64,000 nt of DNA from a virus: the IMG/VR virus record IMGVR_UViG_3300020123_000589, positions 64,001 through 128,000 of that record; one strand, 5' to 3'. The notes beneath the pieces were generated by a model that saw nothing but the letters and a program-made list of their open reading frames with translations, was not told where the DNA came from and did not search any database. The position numbers and the translations under genes were made by a program. Below are positions 29,184 to 39,069 of the stretch, in pieces (position 1 is the first letter of the stretch; each line of letters starts with the position of its first letter).

Positions 29184-29714
29184 ATGGCAGAGCTTGGCAA
29201 TACAAATGCGCGACTTAGTACTTCAGTATCACTTTTTCTATTACCACAGAGTCTAAATGCAACGACTTTGAATAATCCAGCTGCTCTTCTTTCTTTAGCG
29301 CAACAGTCTACGAAGATCGGAGCAGTTCAATCTTTTACACAAACTCAAAGACGAGATACAGATTTTCGATTTGAGTTGGATTCTGATCAGCAAGGCAAGC
29401 CAGTTGAAAGATTGCCCCGCACAGTGAGTGAATACAGCCTTCGTGCTGACCGAGTTATGTTGTATCTATCAGATGCTCTTGAAGTGTTGGGTATTTCTGG
29501 TGATGACATTGTGAATAACAATGCTCCAATTGGTATTTTGAAACAGGAAATCGCACCTGCCGGATCTTCAGCTCCCACAAAGTCCACGATTTTTACGGGA
29601 GTGTGGATTCATTCAGTTTCTGCCACATACAATATCGCTGGTGGAGATTTAAGAATTTTGGAAGGTGTGGATTTTGGATATACATCGTCTACAGTGGTCG
29701 GAGAGCCAGTATAA
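29184..29714 (+). CDS. tail tube protein
   Basis: Follows sheath; KIGAVQSF...R...FEL and IFTGVWIHS motifs. Confidence 0.75.
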   Translation: MAELGNTNARLSTSVSLFLLPQSLNATTLNNPAALLSLAQQSTKIGAVQSFTQTQRRDTDFRFELDSDQQGKPVERLPRTVSEYSLRADRVMLYLSDALEVLGISGDDIVNNNAPIGILKQEIAPAGSSAPTKSTIFTGVWIHSVSATYNIAGGDLRILEGVDFGYTSSTVVGEPV

Positions 29715-29761
29715 GATTAGTTCCTAGAATAGTAAAAAGATAAGAGAGTAAAGGAGTTACA

Positions 29762-30109
29762 ATGGACTTGAAAAGCTTCGCAGCATTAGGGCTTGTTTCT
29801 AAGGAATTCGAGATTGTAAAAGATTTAAAAGTATCAATGCACACGCTTTCTGTTTTGCAGCAACAGCAAGCATTGTCTGAATTGATTGTTTCTCCCGCAG
29901 GACAAGATCCAGCCCTTCGCACTGTGGTTTTGCAGCAAGCCTTGTTGGTTTATGCTTTGGATACAATCAACGGTGCAAAAGTTACATTGCAAGAAGCAAA
30001 AGATTTCATTCAAAATTTACAAGCTCCAATCTTTAATGAAATTTACAATTGTTATGATTTGATGGCTCAAGAACAGGATAATACCCTTACTGAATTAAAA
30101 AAAAAATAG
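29762..30109 (+). CDS. tail assembly chaperone (G-like)
   Basis: Between tube and tape measure; ends in an A10 slippery run. Confidence 0.75.
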   Translation: MDLKSFAALGLVSKEFEIVKDLKVSMHTLSVLQQQQALSELIVSPAGQDPALRTVVLQQALLVYALDTINGAKVTLQEAKDFIQNLQAPIFNEIYNCYDLMAQEQDNTLTELKKK

Positions 30110-30474
30110 AAAATCCCTCTGATATACTTCCCTTCCGCGATCTCTGGATCGTAGCTAAAGCTCTCCGTGTTTCTCCCTTTTCTGAAACCATTTCTTCTCT
30201 TTCTCCAGCCGAATTTACATGGGTTTTAATGAATCATTCTAAAGATGAAGAAGAAGAATGGAAAAAATTTGAATACCTTTGTCGATTTATAAATCCTCAA
30301 GCTGCTACCGAAGTATTTGATCAAAAAGTTATTGAAAAGACCGTTAGCACAGAAGATGTACTCTTCGAGCAAATGAGCAAAGACCTTAAGGGTAAATACA
30401 GCCCTAAAGAATTGAAAGCAATAATGGAAGACCCAAAACATCATAGCGAATTGGATAGGATTGAACGAGTTTAA
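30100..30474 (+). CDS. -1 frameshift extension of tail assembly chaperone (GT-like)
   Basis: The -1 frame is open from the A run (IENPSDILPFRDLW...) through to the stop at 30474. Confidence 0.75.
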   Translation, partial: KKIENPSDILPFRDLWIVAKALRVSPFSETISSLSPAEFTWVLMNHSKDEEEEWKKFEYLCRFINPQAATEVFDQKVIEKTVSTEDVLFEQMSKDLKGKYSPKELKAIMEDPKHHSELDRIERV

Positions 30475-30552
30475 CTTTTCTTTACATAAAATAAACCCCT
30501 TGACAAGTTCTCCTTTTTCTGCTAGACTCATAGTAGAGAGGAGATAATTAAA

Positions 30553-30726
30553 ATGATTATTGTAGGTATTATTTTTGTTCTATGTGTTTACATTGTTGCT
30601 CTTATTGGTAAGATATTTAATTTACGTGATGGAACTATGGCTGGTTTATGTATGTGGGTTTTTTTAGTAGTTTTAGGTTCAATATTTTATTTGCTATCTT
30701 CTGTACCTGTAGAAACATTTCGCTAA
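30553..30726 (+). CDS. 57-aa two-TM membrane protein with own promoter (moron-like; missing from ORF track)
   Basis: TTGACA-17-TAGACT at 30500-30528, GAGGAG RBS; MIIVGIIFVLCVYIVALIG...VETFR. Confidence 0.7.
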   Translation: MIIVGIIFVLCVYIVALIGKIFNLRDGTMAGLCMWVFLVVLGSIFYLLSSVPVETFR

Positions 30727-30781
30727 TTCGTACTGTTTTAGTAGTTCCAACCTAACGTAGTAAAATTCCGAGGATATTCCA

Positions 30782-32503
30782 TTGGCAGATATTTTAGGCC
30801 CTTCTGGGCAACCCTTACCTCCATCTAATCCATTTTTATCTCAGCAGGGCGTAAGTTCTACTGCGTCTGTTAATACTACCCAAGCGCAAAAGGCTTTCGC
30901 TGAATTACAGCGAGTTTTAGATAATATTATGAAGTCCTTTAGTGGCAATTGGGACAAAATGACCACGGATAGGCTTAAATCTGAGGAGCGTTTTTACCGT
31001 GCGGTAGGAGACAAAGCTAAAGAACGACAGGTAATGCTTCAGCGATATAGCAAGGAAGCTCTTGATTCCATAGAAGCTGAAAAACGTGCCGGATTAGAAG
31101 CTTTGAGTATGCAGGGATTGGCCAAAGAAGAACTTGAAAAACGAAAAACAGAAATTACCCGCAGAGCTTCTGAAGAACGAGCAAATATTGAAAAAGAAAC
31201 GGCTAAAAAATTGGCGCAGGATCGCGGAGTTGGCGGAGCAATTCGAGGTGTAACATCTTTTGTAGGTGGGCAATTAGGTGGTTCTGTGGGGGGTCTTATT
31301 GCAGGAGTTGGTTCACTTATTGCAAATCCAGCCATGGCCATCCCCGCAGCTATCCTTGGATCATTGTTGGAGATGGCGAATACTAAAGCAGCTTTTACTA
31401 AAACAGGTGCCCAACTTGCAGGAGCAGGTTTACGTCTTGGAGCTGGTGGTGGCGGTGGTTTAGGATTCGCTACAAGTTTATTTGGAGGTCCTTTTGGGGC
31501 TTTAGGACAGGCATTGGGAGCAGATCAACAGCGCGAGATTATTGGTATGATGGCTGGATCTCGCACCATGATAGATCAAGCTCGTTCTGGGGGCGGTTTT
31601 GGGGCCATACGTGGCAATCTAGGGCTCTTTGCCAATATCCTTCCTGATGCTACAAAAGAGATGGAGTTGTTTACGGATGCTACTAAAGGCTTGGGAATGT
31701 CCCAACGCGATATTACAAATACTTTTGTTTCTTCCAGGGTTAATGCAGAACGGCTTAAAATTACGCAAATTGATGCTATTAACACACAAATGGAAATGCA
31801 AAAAGCCCTTCGTAACATTACAAATGATGGGGCTGTTGCGGCCAATGTGCTTTCCAATATTACAGGGTACTTAAATAAAATAGGTGCAAGTGAGGCTGAA
31901 AAGATTAGAATCGGCGGAGCTATAGGGCAAGCAGGAGCTAATCTTTCGTTTTCTTCTATTGTTGGCATGTCTGCTTTTCTTAATAATGGAAAAATTCCAA
32001 CACCAGAAGCAATGTTCGGCACAGGAGCATTTGGCGTGTCTGGAAGTAAAGTAGGTATACTGCCAAATGTTTTTCAAACATTAGGTGGATTTTTAACTAA
32101 AGTTGGTGGTCAATTTCACGACCCAACTTCCAAAATGTTAGCGGCCTCTCAATTACAACAAAATTTTCTCCCTGGCCTTCGTATGCAAGATATTCCACAA
32201 TTTTTTAATCTTGCTAATTCAATGATGGGTGGAGGTAAGGGAATAGATTTTGAAAAACAATTTAAAGCATTGGAAGGTAAAACTCCACAAGCGGCAATGG
32301 CTGATGGTATTGAAACATTAGCTTCTATTGTCGGCCCAATACATCGACTTGAAAATGTGTTTACTAATTTCTGGACCATGGTAGATGATAGGCTAAATAA
32401 AATTTTGGAAGCCTTGCATTTTCCTGGGCATATCGCGCATAGTTTTGGTCAATGGGTCGATAAAAATATTATACACAAACCAAGCGGTCAATCAGGCAGG
32501 TAA
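30782..32503 (+). CDS. tape measure protein
   Basis: Helical, Ala/Gly-rich, after chaperones; TTG start. Confidence 0.75.
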   Translation: MADILGPSGQPLPPSNPFLSQQGVSSTASVNTTQAQKAFAELQRVLDNIMKSFSGNWDKMTTDRLKSEERFYRAVGDKAKERQVMLQRYSKEALDSIEAEKRAGLEALSMQGLAKEELEKRKTEITRRASEERANIEKETAKKLAQDRGVGGAIRGVTSFVGGQLGGSVGGLIAGVGSLIANPAMAIPAAILGSLLEMANTKAAFTKTGAQLAGAGLRLGAGGGGGLGFATSLFGGPFGALGQALGADQQREIIGMMAGSRTMIDQARSGGGFGAIRGNLGLFANILPDATKEMELFTDATKGLGMSQRDITNTFVSSRVNAERLKITQIDAINTQMEMQKALRNITNDGAVAANVLSNITGYLNKIGASEAEKIRIGGAIGQAGANLSFSSIVGMSAFLNNGKIPTPEAMFGTGAFGVSGSKVGILPNVFQTLGGFLTKVGGQFHDPTSKMLAASQLQQNFLPGLRMQDIPQFFNLANSMMGGGKGIDFEKQFKALEGKTPQAAMADGIETLASIVGPIHRLENVFTNFWTMVDDRLNKILEALHFPGHIAHSFGQWVDKNIIHKPSGQSGR

Positions 32504-32508
32504 ATTAA

Positions 32509-33006
32509 ATGGCACAAACTTATCCAGTCCGTCTCAACAATTTAAATTTCTTCGTTAATCCCCGCAATATGAAAATTACGAAAAATGTTAGTTACGGCAC
32601 ACTTCCAACTCAAGGTGGAGTTCAGTATCAGATTTGGTACAATACCCCCGAAACTCTTGTAATGACTGGGGCTTCTGCTGGACAAACCGCGTACCAAGAA
32701 CTGTTATTTCTTAAACAACAGTTTGAAATGAACAACAAACTTTCAACTCTCTTTTACAAAACTCAAGTTTATCAAGGATTCATTACTTTATTAGATGTAG
32801 AAGCTTCCACAGGGCATCTGAATGAGTTTACATACACAATTAATTTTCAATTGTTATTTGGACAACAATTTGCGATTGAAGATTTCTCAATCTCAACGAC
32901 AAATAATGGATTAGTTCAAGGTGCAATTGGGCGACTTCAAAGTATTTTAAATATTCCATTAAATAAGGCTAGTGCGAATATTAGTAATTTGTTGCAAAAA
33001 TTCTAA
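32509..33006 (+). CDS. tail tube initiator/baseplate protein
   Basis: FFVNPRNM...TQGG...YQGFIT...FTYTINF; follows tape measure. Confidence 0.55.
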   Translation: MAQTYPVRLNNLNFFVNPRNMKITKNVSYGTLPTQGGVQYQIWYNTPETLVMTGASAGQTAYQELLFLKQQFEMNNKLSTLFYKTQVYQGFITLLDVEASTGHLNEFTYTINFQLLFGQQFAIEDFSISTTNNGLVQGAIGRLQSILNIPLNKASANISNLLQKF

Positions 33007-33009
33007 ATT

Positions 33010-35340
33010 ATGGGAACCAACGATCAGGTAAGTCAAGAATATCTATACATAAAATGTTTTCTTTATAAATACACTCCACCTTTTACTCAGGTGACGTTGC
33101 CCCCTGCTGCCACAAGCCAATTTGCGCTTTCTACATTTAAGCCCTATTCAATACCGCTGGATGACACCAGTTATTTTACGAAATATGATATTTCACAATT
33201 TGTTACTTCCTATTCTTTTGAACAGAGTATTGACGAAACAACCTATTCTTGGTCAGTAGAGTTACAAGATTTGGCTTTGAGTTACGGAACCATTAATAGT
33301 AAGTTAAAAGTAGTTCCACCTCCAGGAAGTACTCTTAAAAATGGACTTTCTTTCTCACAAAGTACAAATTCATTAACTTTGCTATCTGAGTATGAAACTA
33401 ACGCAAATACATTCAATAACAACAATCCTTCTACAGGACAATTACCAATTTTAGGTGCAAAATCAAACAGGGGTTTAACGCCAGGACCTCTCACGGTTCA
33501 AAATACAAACCTTACTACCGCATTATCTACGATCCACGGATTACGATTGAGTGATTTGATTCAAGAATATGATTTTATTTCATTATTTCTTTATAAAAAC
33601 CAAACTCCTTTAACTGATATTTATGGAGTTTTTACAGTTGATGATTCTTTAGACAACAATCCATTACAGATTTTTACATATAAAATTACTTCTGACACGG
33701 TACCTTCTTTCCAAAATTTTCAAAACCCAGTAGATCCATTCTTGCAATATGAATCAGTTTTATTGACGAAAATGCCTAATGGACAAACATTGTTTTCAAA
33801 TGAATTGAATGGATTTGTAATTAGAAAGAGTATTACAAGCTCAATAAATCAAGTAGATAAAGTAGTTGTGAGTGGAAATGGATGGAGCCGTTTATTTGGG
33901 TCTACTCGTCGTGCAGTTAAAACTTCTTTATTTGCTAATGCATTGTATCAGGCAGGACAAGTTACTGGTTTGAGTGACGTAACTCCATATGAAAATATAT
34001 ACGCTGGACAACCCATCTCACGAATTATACAAGATTTGTTCGACATCGTATATAAAATTAATTTTAATACGACAACAGATTCCAATGTTGCTGCGGCGGC
34101 AATTCCTATTAATCCTTTAAATTCTACTAATTTAAAAACTTCTACACAGGTACAAGCAGATTTTTTTGCAAGTCCAAAAGGAATTGTTGGGCCTCAATTA
34201 CCAACTCCCGTTGTTTTGGGTCCGACTCTTCCTCCCCTAGGGACTAGTTTTTACAATATAACTTCTTTAATTGTTGGGAATTCGTACCCAGCCAATTTGT
34301 TTACATTGCCCCCGTATTTGCTTTCTACAGTTATGAAGTTTAGGCCATTTGCATATATTGAACCAATCAATTTTCCAGTATCTTCTAGTTTTATAAATGG
34401 AGCCACTTCAACCGCTTTAACTGCTTCTGGTGCTGGTAATGCAGGTCAAATTTCTCCTACTACATTTCAACAAACGATCCAAAATTTTGATGTTGGACAG
34501 CAAGTTATAAATTATGGCAGCACAAGCCCAGTATTCATTGATCCTACTGTTCAAAATTTAAAAGCGTATTTTCAATTTTTGGATACTGTTTTTCTTGCGT
34601 ATGCTCCACAATTACAAACACCCTACGAAATTTTGGATCAGATTCGAAGTATTGCATTCGTTGAAATTTACGAGCAGCCCAATGGCCAATTTATTGTTCG
34701 TTCTCCACAATACAATAACATGTCTACGACGCTTGCGTATAACAATGCGACTACTCCGAATAATACACGTACTGACATTGGCTTGATTCGCAGCAACAAT
34801 TTAAATATTATTTCCAGCAGTTATTCAACAACTGTGGAAAATTTGGTAAGTAAACTTCTTACTGGGTATTCTCCAAATATAACCCCAACTGATTTGTTAA
34901 AACAATTTGGATATTGTGATGGAAAACTTCTAATTCAAGACGGTTTGTTAGAGATGGAAACTGCTGCTAATCCAAATGCAGCCACAGCTCCTTTGTCTAA
35001 TACAACAACAAATAATAGTAGTACAACTGGGATTTTTGGATGGGCAGAATATTTTATGGAAATTTCAAATGCTAAATTGAAGACAGGTACGATTGTGTGC
35101 GATTTAGATAACACAGTACAGGTTGGGCAAACCTTTATTGACGAGACTAAATTTAAGTTTGGATATATTATTGGAATTAGTAAGCATACTTCAGTTACTG
35201 GCGTAGCTACAATGACTTTGAATCTTTCTTATGTGCGCGATGCTGTTCCTCTATATGCAACCGATGGAACAATACAAAATATAAATGTGGATCTTGTTCC
35301 AGTTATGACAGATATTGAAAATTCATTTGCGAGTTCCTAA
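33010..35340 (+). CDS. baseplate hub protein
   Basis: YDISQFV, EIYEQPNGQFIVRSPQYN, C-terminal TMTLNLSYVR. Confidence 0.6.
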   Translation: MGTNDQVSQEYLYIKCFLYKYTPPFTQVTLPPAATSQFALSTFKPYSIPLDDTSYFTKYDISQFVTSYSFEQSIDETTYSWSVELQDLALSYGTINSKLKVVPPPGSTLKNGLSFSQSTNSLTLLSEYETNANTFNNNNPSTGQLPILGAKSNRGLTPGPLTVQNTNLTTALSTIHGLRLSDLIQEYDFISLFLYKNQTPLTDIYGVFTVDDSLDNNPLQIFTYKITSDTVPSFQNFQNPVDPFLQYESVLLTKMPNGQTLFSNELNGFVIRKSITSSINQVDKVVVSGNGWSRLFGSTRRAVKTSLFANALYQAGQVTGLSDVTPYENIYAGQPISRIIQDLFDIVYKINFNTTTDSNVAAAAIPINPLNSTNLKTSTQVQADFFASPKGIVGPQLPTPVVLGPTLPPLGTSFYNITSLIVGNSYPANLFTLPPYLLSTVMKFRPFAYIEPINFPVSSSFINGATSTALTASGAGNAGQISPTTFQQTIQNFDVGQQVINYGSTSPVFIDPTVQNLKAYFQFLDTVFLAYAPQLQTPYEILDQIRSIAFVEIYEQPNGQFIVRSPQYNNMSTTLAYNNATTPNNTRTDIGLIRSNNLNIISSSYSTTVENLVSKLLTGYSPNITPTDLLKQFGYCDGKLLIQDGLLEMETAANPNAATAPLSNTTTNNSSTTGIFGWAEYFMEISNAKLKTGTIVCDLDNTVQVGQTFIDETKFKFGYIIGISKHTSVTGVATMTLNLSYVRDAVPLYATDGTIQNINVDLVPVMTDIENSFASS

Positions 35341-35342
35341 TC

Positions 35343-36410
35343 ATGGCCGATTACAGAATTTTTCAAGCTCAAATTTTAGCAAAAGACCCCGTTACTCCAA
35401 GGCAGTATTCTGCTGTGGAAATTCCCAATGGCCAAAAATTAGTTGGAGTACAACTTGGGAATTCAATGCAAAATCAAAGTGCCCCCCTACTTGGGAGTAT
35501 TGTTTTAGTGTTACAATTGGATGCCTACAGATCTTATATTTTAATGGTGTTACGCGAACCATATAATTTTCTAACTACCAATAACCAATACCGTGGTTTT
35601 ATTCCGTCAACAGGAAATGTAAGTCAGGATATTGCTAATGGTGCAAATCCTGTTCAAGATGGAGAAATTTTTATGGAAGCAACAGGTCCTGCTTCTCCTA
35701 CAGGACAAGGTGTTCCAGGGTTTGGTGCCCATTTATATCTTGGAAATAATGGGGTTGCCCAGATTGAATCAGGTTCAATGGGGGAACGACTTCTTATTGG
35801 CGGTGAAGGTTCTTCAGACGATCATGAAGTTATTTTGTCAGCTGATAATGGATTTTTTGAATCAAATACTGGCAGTGACAATATACAGAGTACTTTCAAC
35901 TATACTACAAATTCAATAACGGGATTGACTGAGGGACTTCAAATAGCAGTTCAAACTTCAATTCCTACTGGACTTGTTACAGTTGAGACACCAATTTCTG
36001 AGTTTACAATGGATACTCTTGGAAATACGATTTTACGAAATACGACAGCTGGGATTGATAAAGCGTTTCTTAAAATTAACACAACAAGCGATGTACAATT
36101 AGGAAATTTAACAAGCACGTTACAATTTGATCCTACTGGAAACATAACATTGACTGGTACTACAATTAATTTGAACCAAGGTATTGAACCTGCGGCTAGA
36201 GTAAATGATTCTACTTTTTCCAGTGTTACACAAGATCCAGCCTTTTGGCAATTTATTCAGAACTTATTTATTATATTTAACTTGCATTCTCATGTTAGTG
36301 CTGCTCCAGGACAACCAACATCTCCACCTGTTACTCCGCTGACATCATTTCCTACGCAGATGGCGGGTATTATTTCAAGTGGTTCATCCACTGTGAAAAT
36401 AGGAGGATAA
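35343..36410 (+). CDS. baseplate central spike (gpV/gp5-like)
   Basis: N-terminal OB-like region, beta-strand repeats, C-terminal FNLHSH (HxH) and PTSPP. Confidence 0.65.
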   Translation: MADYRIFQAQILAKDPVTPRQYSAVEIPNGQKLVGVQLGNSMQNQSAPLLGSIVLVLQLDAYRSYILMVLREPYNFLTTNNQYRGFIPSTGNVSQDIANGANPVQDGEIFMEATGPASPTGQGVPGFGAHLYLGNNGVAQIESGSMGERLLIGGEGSSDDHEVILSADNGFFESNTGSDNIQSTFNYTTNSITGLTEGLQIAVQTSIPTGLVTVETPISEFTMDTLGNTILRNTTAGIDKAFLKINTTSDVQLGNLTSTLQFDPTGNITLTGTTINLNQGIEPAARVNDSTFSSVTQDPAFWQFIQNLFIIFNLHSHVSAAPGQPTSPPVTPLTSFPTQMAGIISSGSSTVKIGG

Positions 36411-36411
36411 T

Positions 36412-36894
36412 ATGGCAACCGTAACGCCAGCATCATTAGGTCTTTGTGCAGTTCAGTTCATTAAGGCTGTGCTTTGCGGAAACAGTGTTTTAAAAGCTAC
36501 ATTTAAGACTTTTTTGAACAGCCAGATTTTGTTGGCCGATGAGCAAATTGCTATCCTCGGAGCCCAGCTTAATAGATTAGATATTTTAAACGAGTTTGCA
36601 CGGTTGGAAATTAACACTTTAGCAGCGGTTCAAAATAAAATTCAAGCAGATCTTAATGTTGTTTTAGGTCCTATGCAGGGTGCTGCTACTTGTCCTGTAA
36701 TTAGTCAATTTATGCAACAAGCGCAAAGCGGATCAACATTGAAAGCTTTAGCAGGTATTCAAAATTTAATATACACTTACAACCGAAGACAATATGTGGC
36801 AACAGCTATTTCTAACCAAGTAAAATCTTTGCAAAATTTCGTAAATACAGCACAGCAATTTTTAATTTTAATTGATCAAGTTTGTGGTTCTTAA
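36412..36894 (+). CDS. hypothetical helical baseplate-region protein
   Basis: 160-aa ORF with AGGAGG RBS. Confidence 0.55.
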   Translation: MATVTPASLGLCAVQFIKAVLCGNSVLKATFKTFLNSQILLADEQIAILGAQLNRLDILNEFARLEINTLAAVQNKIQADLNVVLGPMQGAATCPVISQFMQQAQSGSTLKALAGIQNLIYTYNRRQYVATAISNQVKSLQNFVNTAQQFLILIDQVCGS

Positions 36895-36905
36895 GGAGAT
36901 AATAC

Positions 36906-37382
36906 GTGAGCGATCTATTTTTAGCAACGGCGAATACACCAGGGCAACCTCAAAGTGTTCCTCAAAAGAGTAATTCCCCATTTTATTTCGGTGAATCGTC
37001 AAATGATTTGATTATAGGTGCCAATCAAGATTTTGTACTTGTTTCAGGACTTGATGAGACGATCCAAGATGTCCAAAAGATTTTGGTAACGGAGCAAGGA
37101 GCCAATACTTTGTTTCCACTATACGGGACAACATTGCAATCTGAAATTGGTAACAAGATGAACCCCAATATAATCAGCGGCACAGTTCAGCAACAAATTG
37201 TTCAGGCTCTCCAGGTATTGTTTTTGCTTACCCAGAATAGAGCAAGTCCACAAGAAATTGTTCAGACGCTTTATTCTTTACAGACAAATGTACAAAGTGA
37301 AACTAATATTGCAGCCCTTTTAACAGTGATTGCAGCTTCAGGACAGGAAATTACAACTGGCGTGAACATAGGCAACATTTAA
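36906..37382 (+). CDS. baseplate wedge protein (gp25/W-like)
   Basis: QDVQKILVTEQGANTLFPLYGTTLQSEIG. Confidence 0.75.
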   Translation: MSDLFLATANTPGQPQSVPQKSNSPFYFGESSNDLIIGANQDFVLVSGLDETIQDVQKILVTEQGANTLFPLYGTTLQSEIGNKMNPNIISGTVQQQIVQALQVLFLLTQNRASPQEIVQTLYSLQTNVQSETNIAALLTVIAASGQEITTGVNIGNI

Positions 37383-37392
37383 GGAATAAATT

Positions 37393-39057
37393 ATGGCACT
37401 TCCAACATTTTCGCAAATCGTTTCTAGTATGCTTTCTTTCTTACAGTCAGAAAGACCAGATATTAATACCAACACAGGAACTGTTGTAAATGATGTAGTT
37501 GTATCCACGGTTGCTAATCAACTTTCTGCTGAGGATGGAACTTCTCCAAGCGTGTATTCTAGTATTGCTTATGTGCAAGATGTTCAAGCTTTTGTGAACA
37601 ATGCAGCTACTATAGTTCCGACCGATTTAGATAACATTGCATTGAATTATGGCTTGACACGTCTTCCAGGAACACAATCTACAGGTATTATAACATTCCG
37701 TATTCGTAATTATACAACTTCTAGTGCGATAGTAACTGTTCCCTCTGGAACAGTTGTAAGTACTCTTGCTACTTCGCAATCTCCCGCTGTGTCATTTGCA
37801 ACTACGGCCACAGTGACATTTTCACCGTCCCTTGCGCCCTCTTATTATAATCCTGTTTCTGGTTTTTATGAGCAATCCACAACCATTGTTTGTCAAACAA
37901 TTGGCACCGTTGGTAATGTGGGTGCTGCAACCATTACTTCTCTTGTAGGATCAGTTATTGGAATTGATGCTGTAACAAATACAACAGCGACGACTGGCGG
38001 AACGAATATTGAAAGTAATACTGCCTTTGCAGCACGTATTCAAATTAAGCTAGAAGGTAACAACGTCGGCACTCCAAATGGTATTATCAGCCTTGTTGAG
38101 ACAAATCCAAATGTTATTCAAGCTATAGTTGTTGGACCAAATGATCCAGAAATGCAACGCGATCAATTTGGAGGTTCTGTTGATGTATATATTAGAGGGC
38201 AGGTACTTCTCACAGTTTCTGATACTCCAACGTATACTACCGCAGGTAGCCAGCAATTTATCCTAGTTAATCAACCCGCTTTATCTGTAGGATCAGTTAC
38301 TGGAATCCAAGGCGGTAATCCATATACTTTCGTACCTAATACTGACTATCAATTTGTAGAAAATCCCAATTTCTTATTTGCTGGAAGTGTGGAAGCGGCA
38401 AGTTATATAATTTTTGGTGTCGAAACATTTTTTATTATTACAATGGTAACTGATTTAACTCATTTAGTTGTTAATACAACAGTTGGCATGAATCCAGGTG
38501 ATACAATAACGCAAGGGTCTTTTTCTACCACTATTACCTCAGTTACAGATCTTACTCATGTCGTTGTTGGAAGTACTTTAGGATTTACAACTGGTAATGC
38601 TTCTTTTACTGGATTTACTCCAGACAATAATACAATCATTACGATTACTTATACCTACGACAGTTTAATTGCCACACTTCAAGCTCTGTTTAATGATAAT
38701 TCTAATCATATTACCGCTTCAGATGTTCTCATACGAGAAGCTATTGAAGCTTTTGTAAATTTAACGGCTGGAATTTTAATTGTTCCAGGTTATGTTGCTT
38801 CTTCGGTTGTAGCAAATGTTCAGACAGCTTTAACCGACTATATTAACGGTCTTGGTCTTGGTGCAGTATTGGTTTTAAGTGAATTGGTAACTATTATACA
38901 GAGTGTTGCTGGAGTGTCAGAGGTAGATCTTAGCAGCTTAGTAGTACAAACTGTTGAAAATGGTATTACCACTACTATTCCACCTGGACAGCAAATAAGT
39001 GTTGGTAAAAATGCTTACACAGTTACAAATAGTTTAACTATTACAGTAGAATCATAA
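37393..39057 (+). CDS. baseplate J-like protein
   Basis: LDNIALNYGLTR, VPSGTVV, GTVGNV, VTN...TGGTNIES, GSVDVYI, LGLG. Confidence 0.88.
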   Translation: MALPTFSQIVSSMLSFLQSERPDINTNTGTVVNDVVVSTVANQLSAEDGTSPSVYSSIAYVQDVQAFVNNAATIVPTDLDNIALNYGLTRLPGTQSTGIITFRIRNYTTSSAIVTVPSGTVVSTLATSQSPAVSFATTATVTFSPSLAPSYYNPVSGFYEQSTTIVCQTIGTVGNVGAATITSLVGSVIGIDAVTNTTATTGGTNIESNTAFAARIQIKLEGNNVGTPNGIISLVETNPNVIQAIVVGPNDPEMQRDQFGGSVDVYIRGQVLLTVSDTPTYTTAGSQQFILVNQPALSVGSVTGIQGGNPYTFVPNTDYQFVENPNFLFAGSVEAASYIIFGVETFFIITMVTDLTHLVVNTTVGMNPGDTITQGSFSTTITSVTDLTHVVVGSTLGFTTGNASFTGFTPDNNTIITITYTYDSLIATLQALFNDNSNHITASDVLIREAIEAFVNLTAGILIVPGYVASSVVANVQTALTDYINGLGLGAVLVLSELVTIIQSVAGVSEVDLSSLVVQTVENGITTTIPPGQQISVGKNAYTVTNSLTITVES

Positions 39058-39069
39058 GAGGATTAAAAT

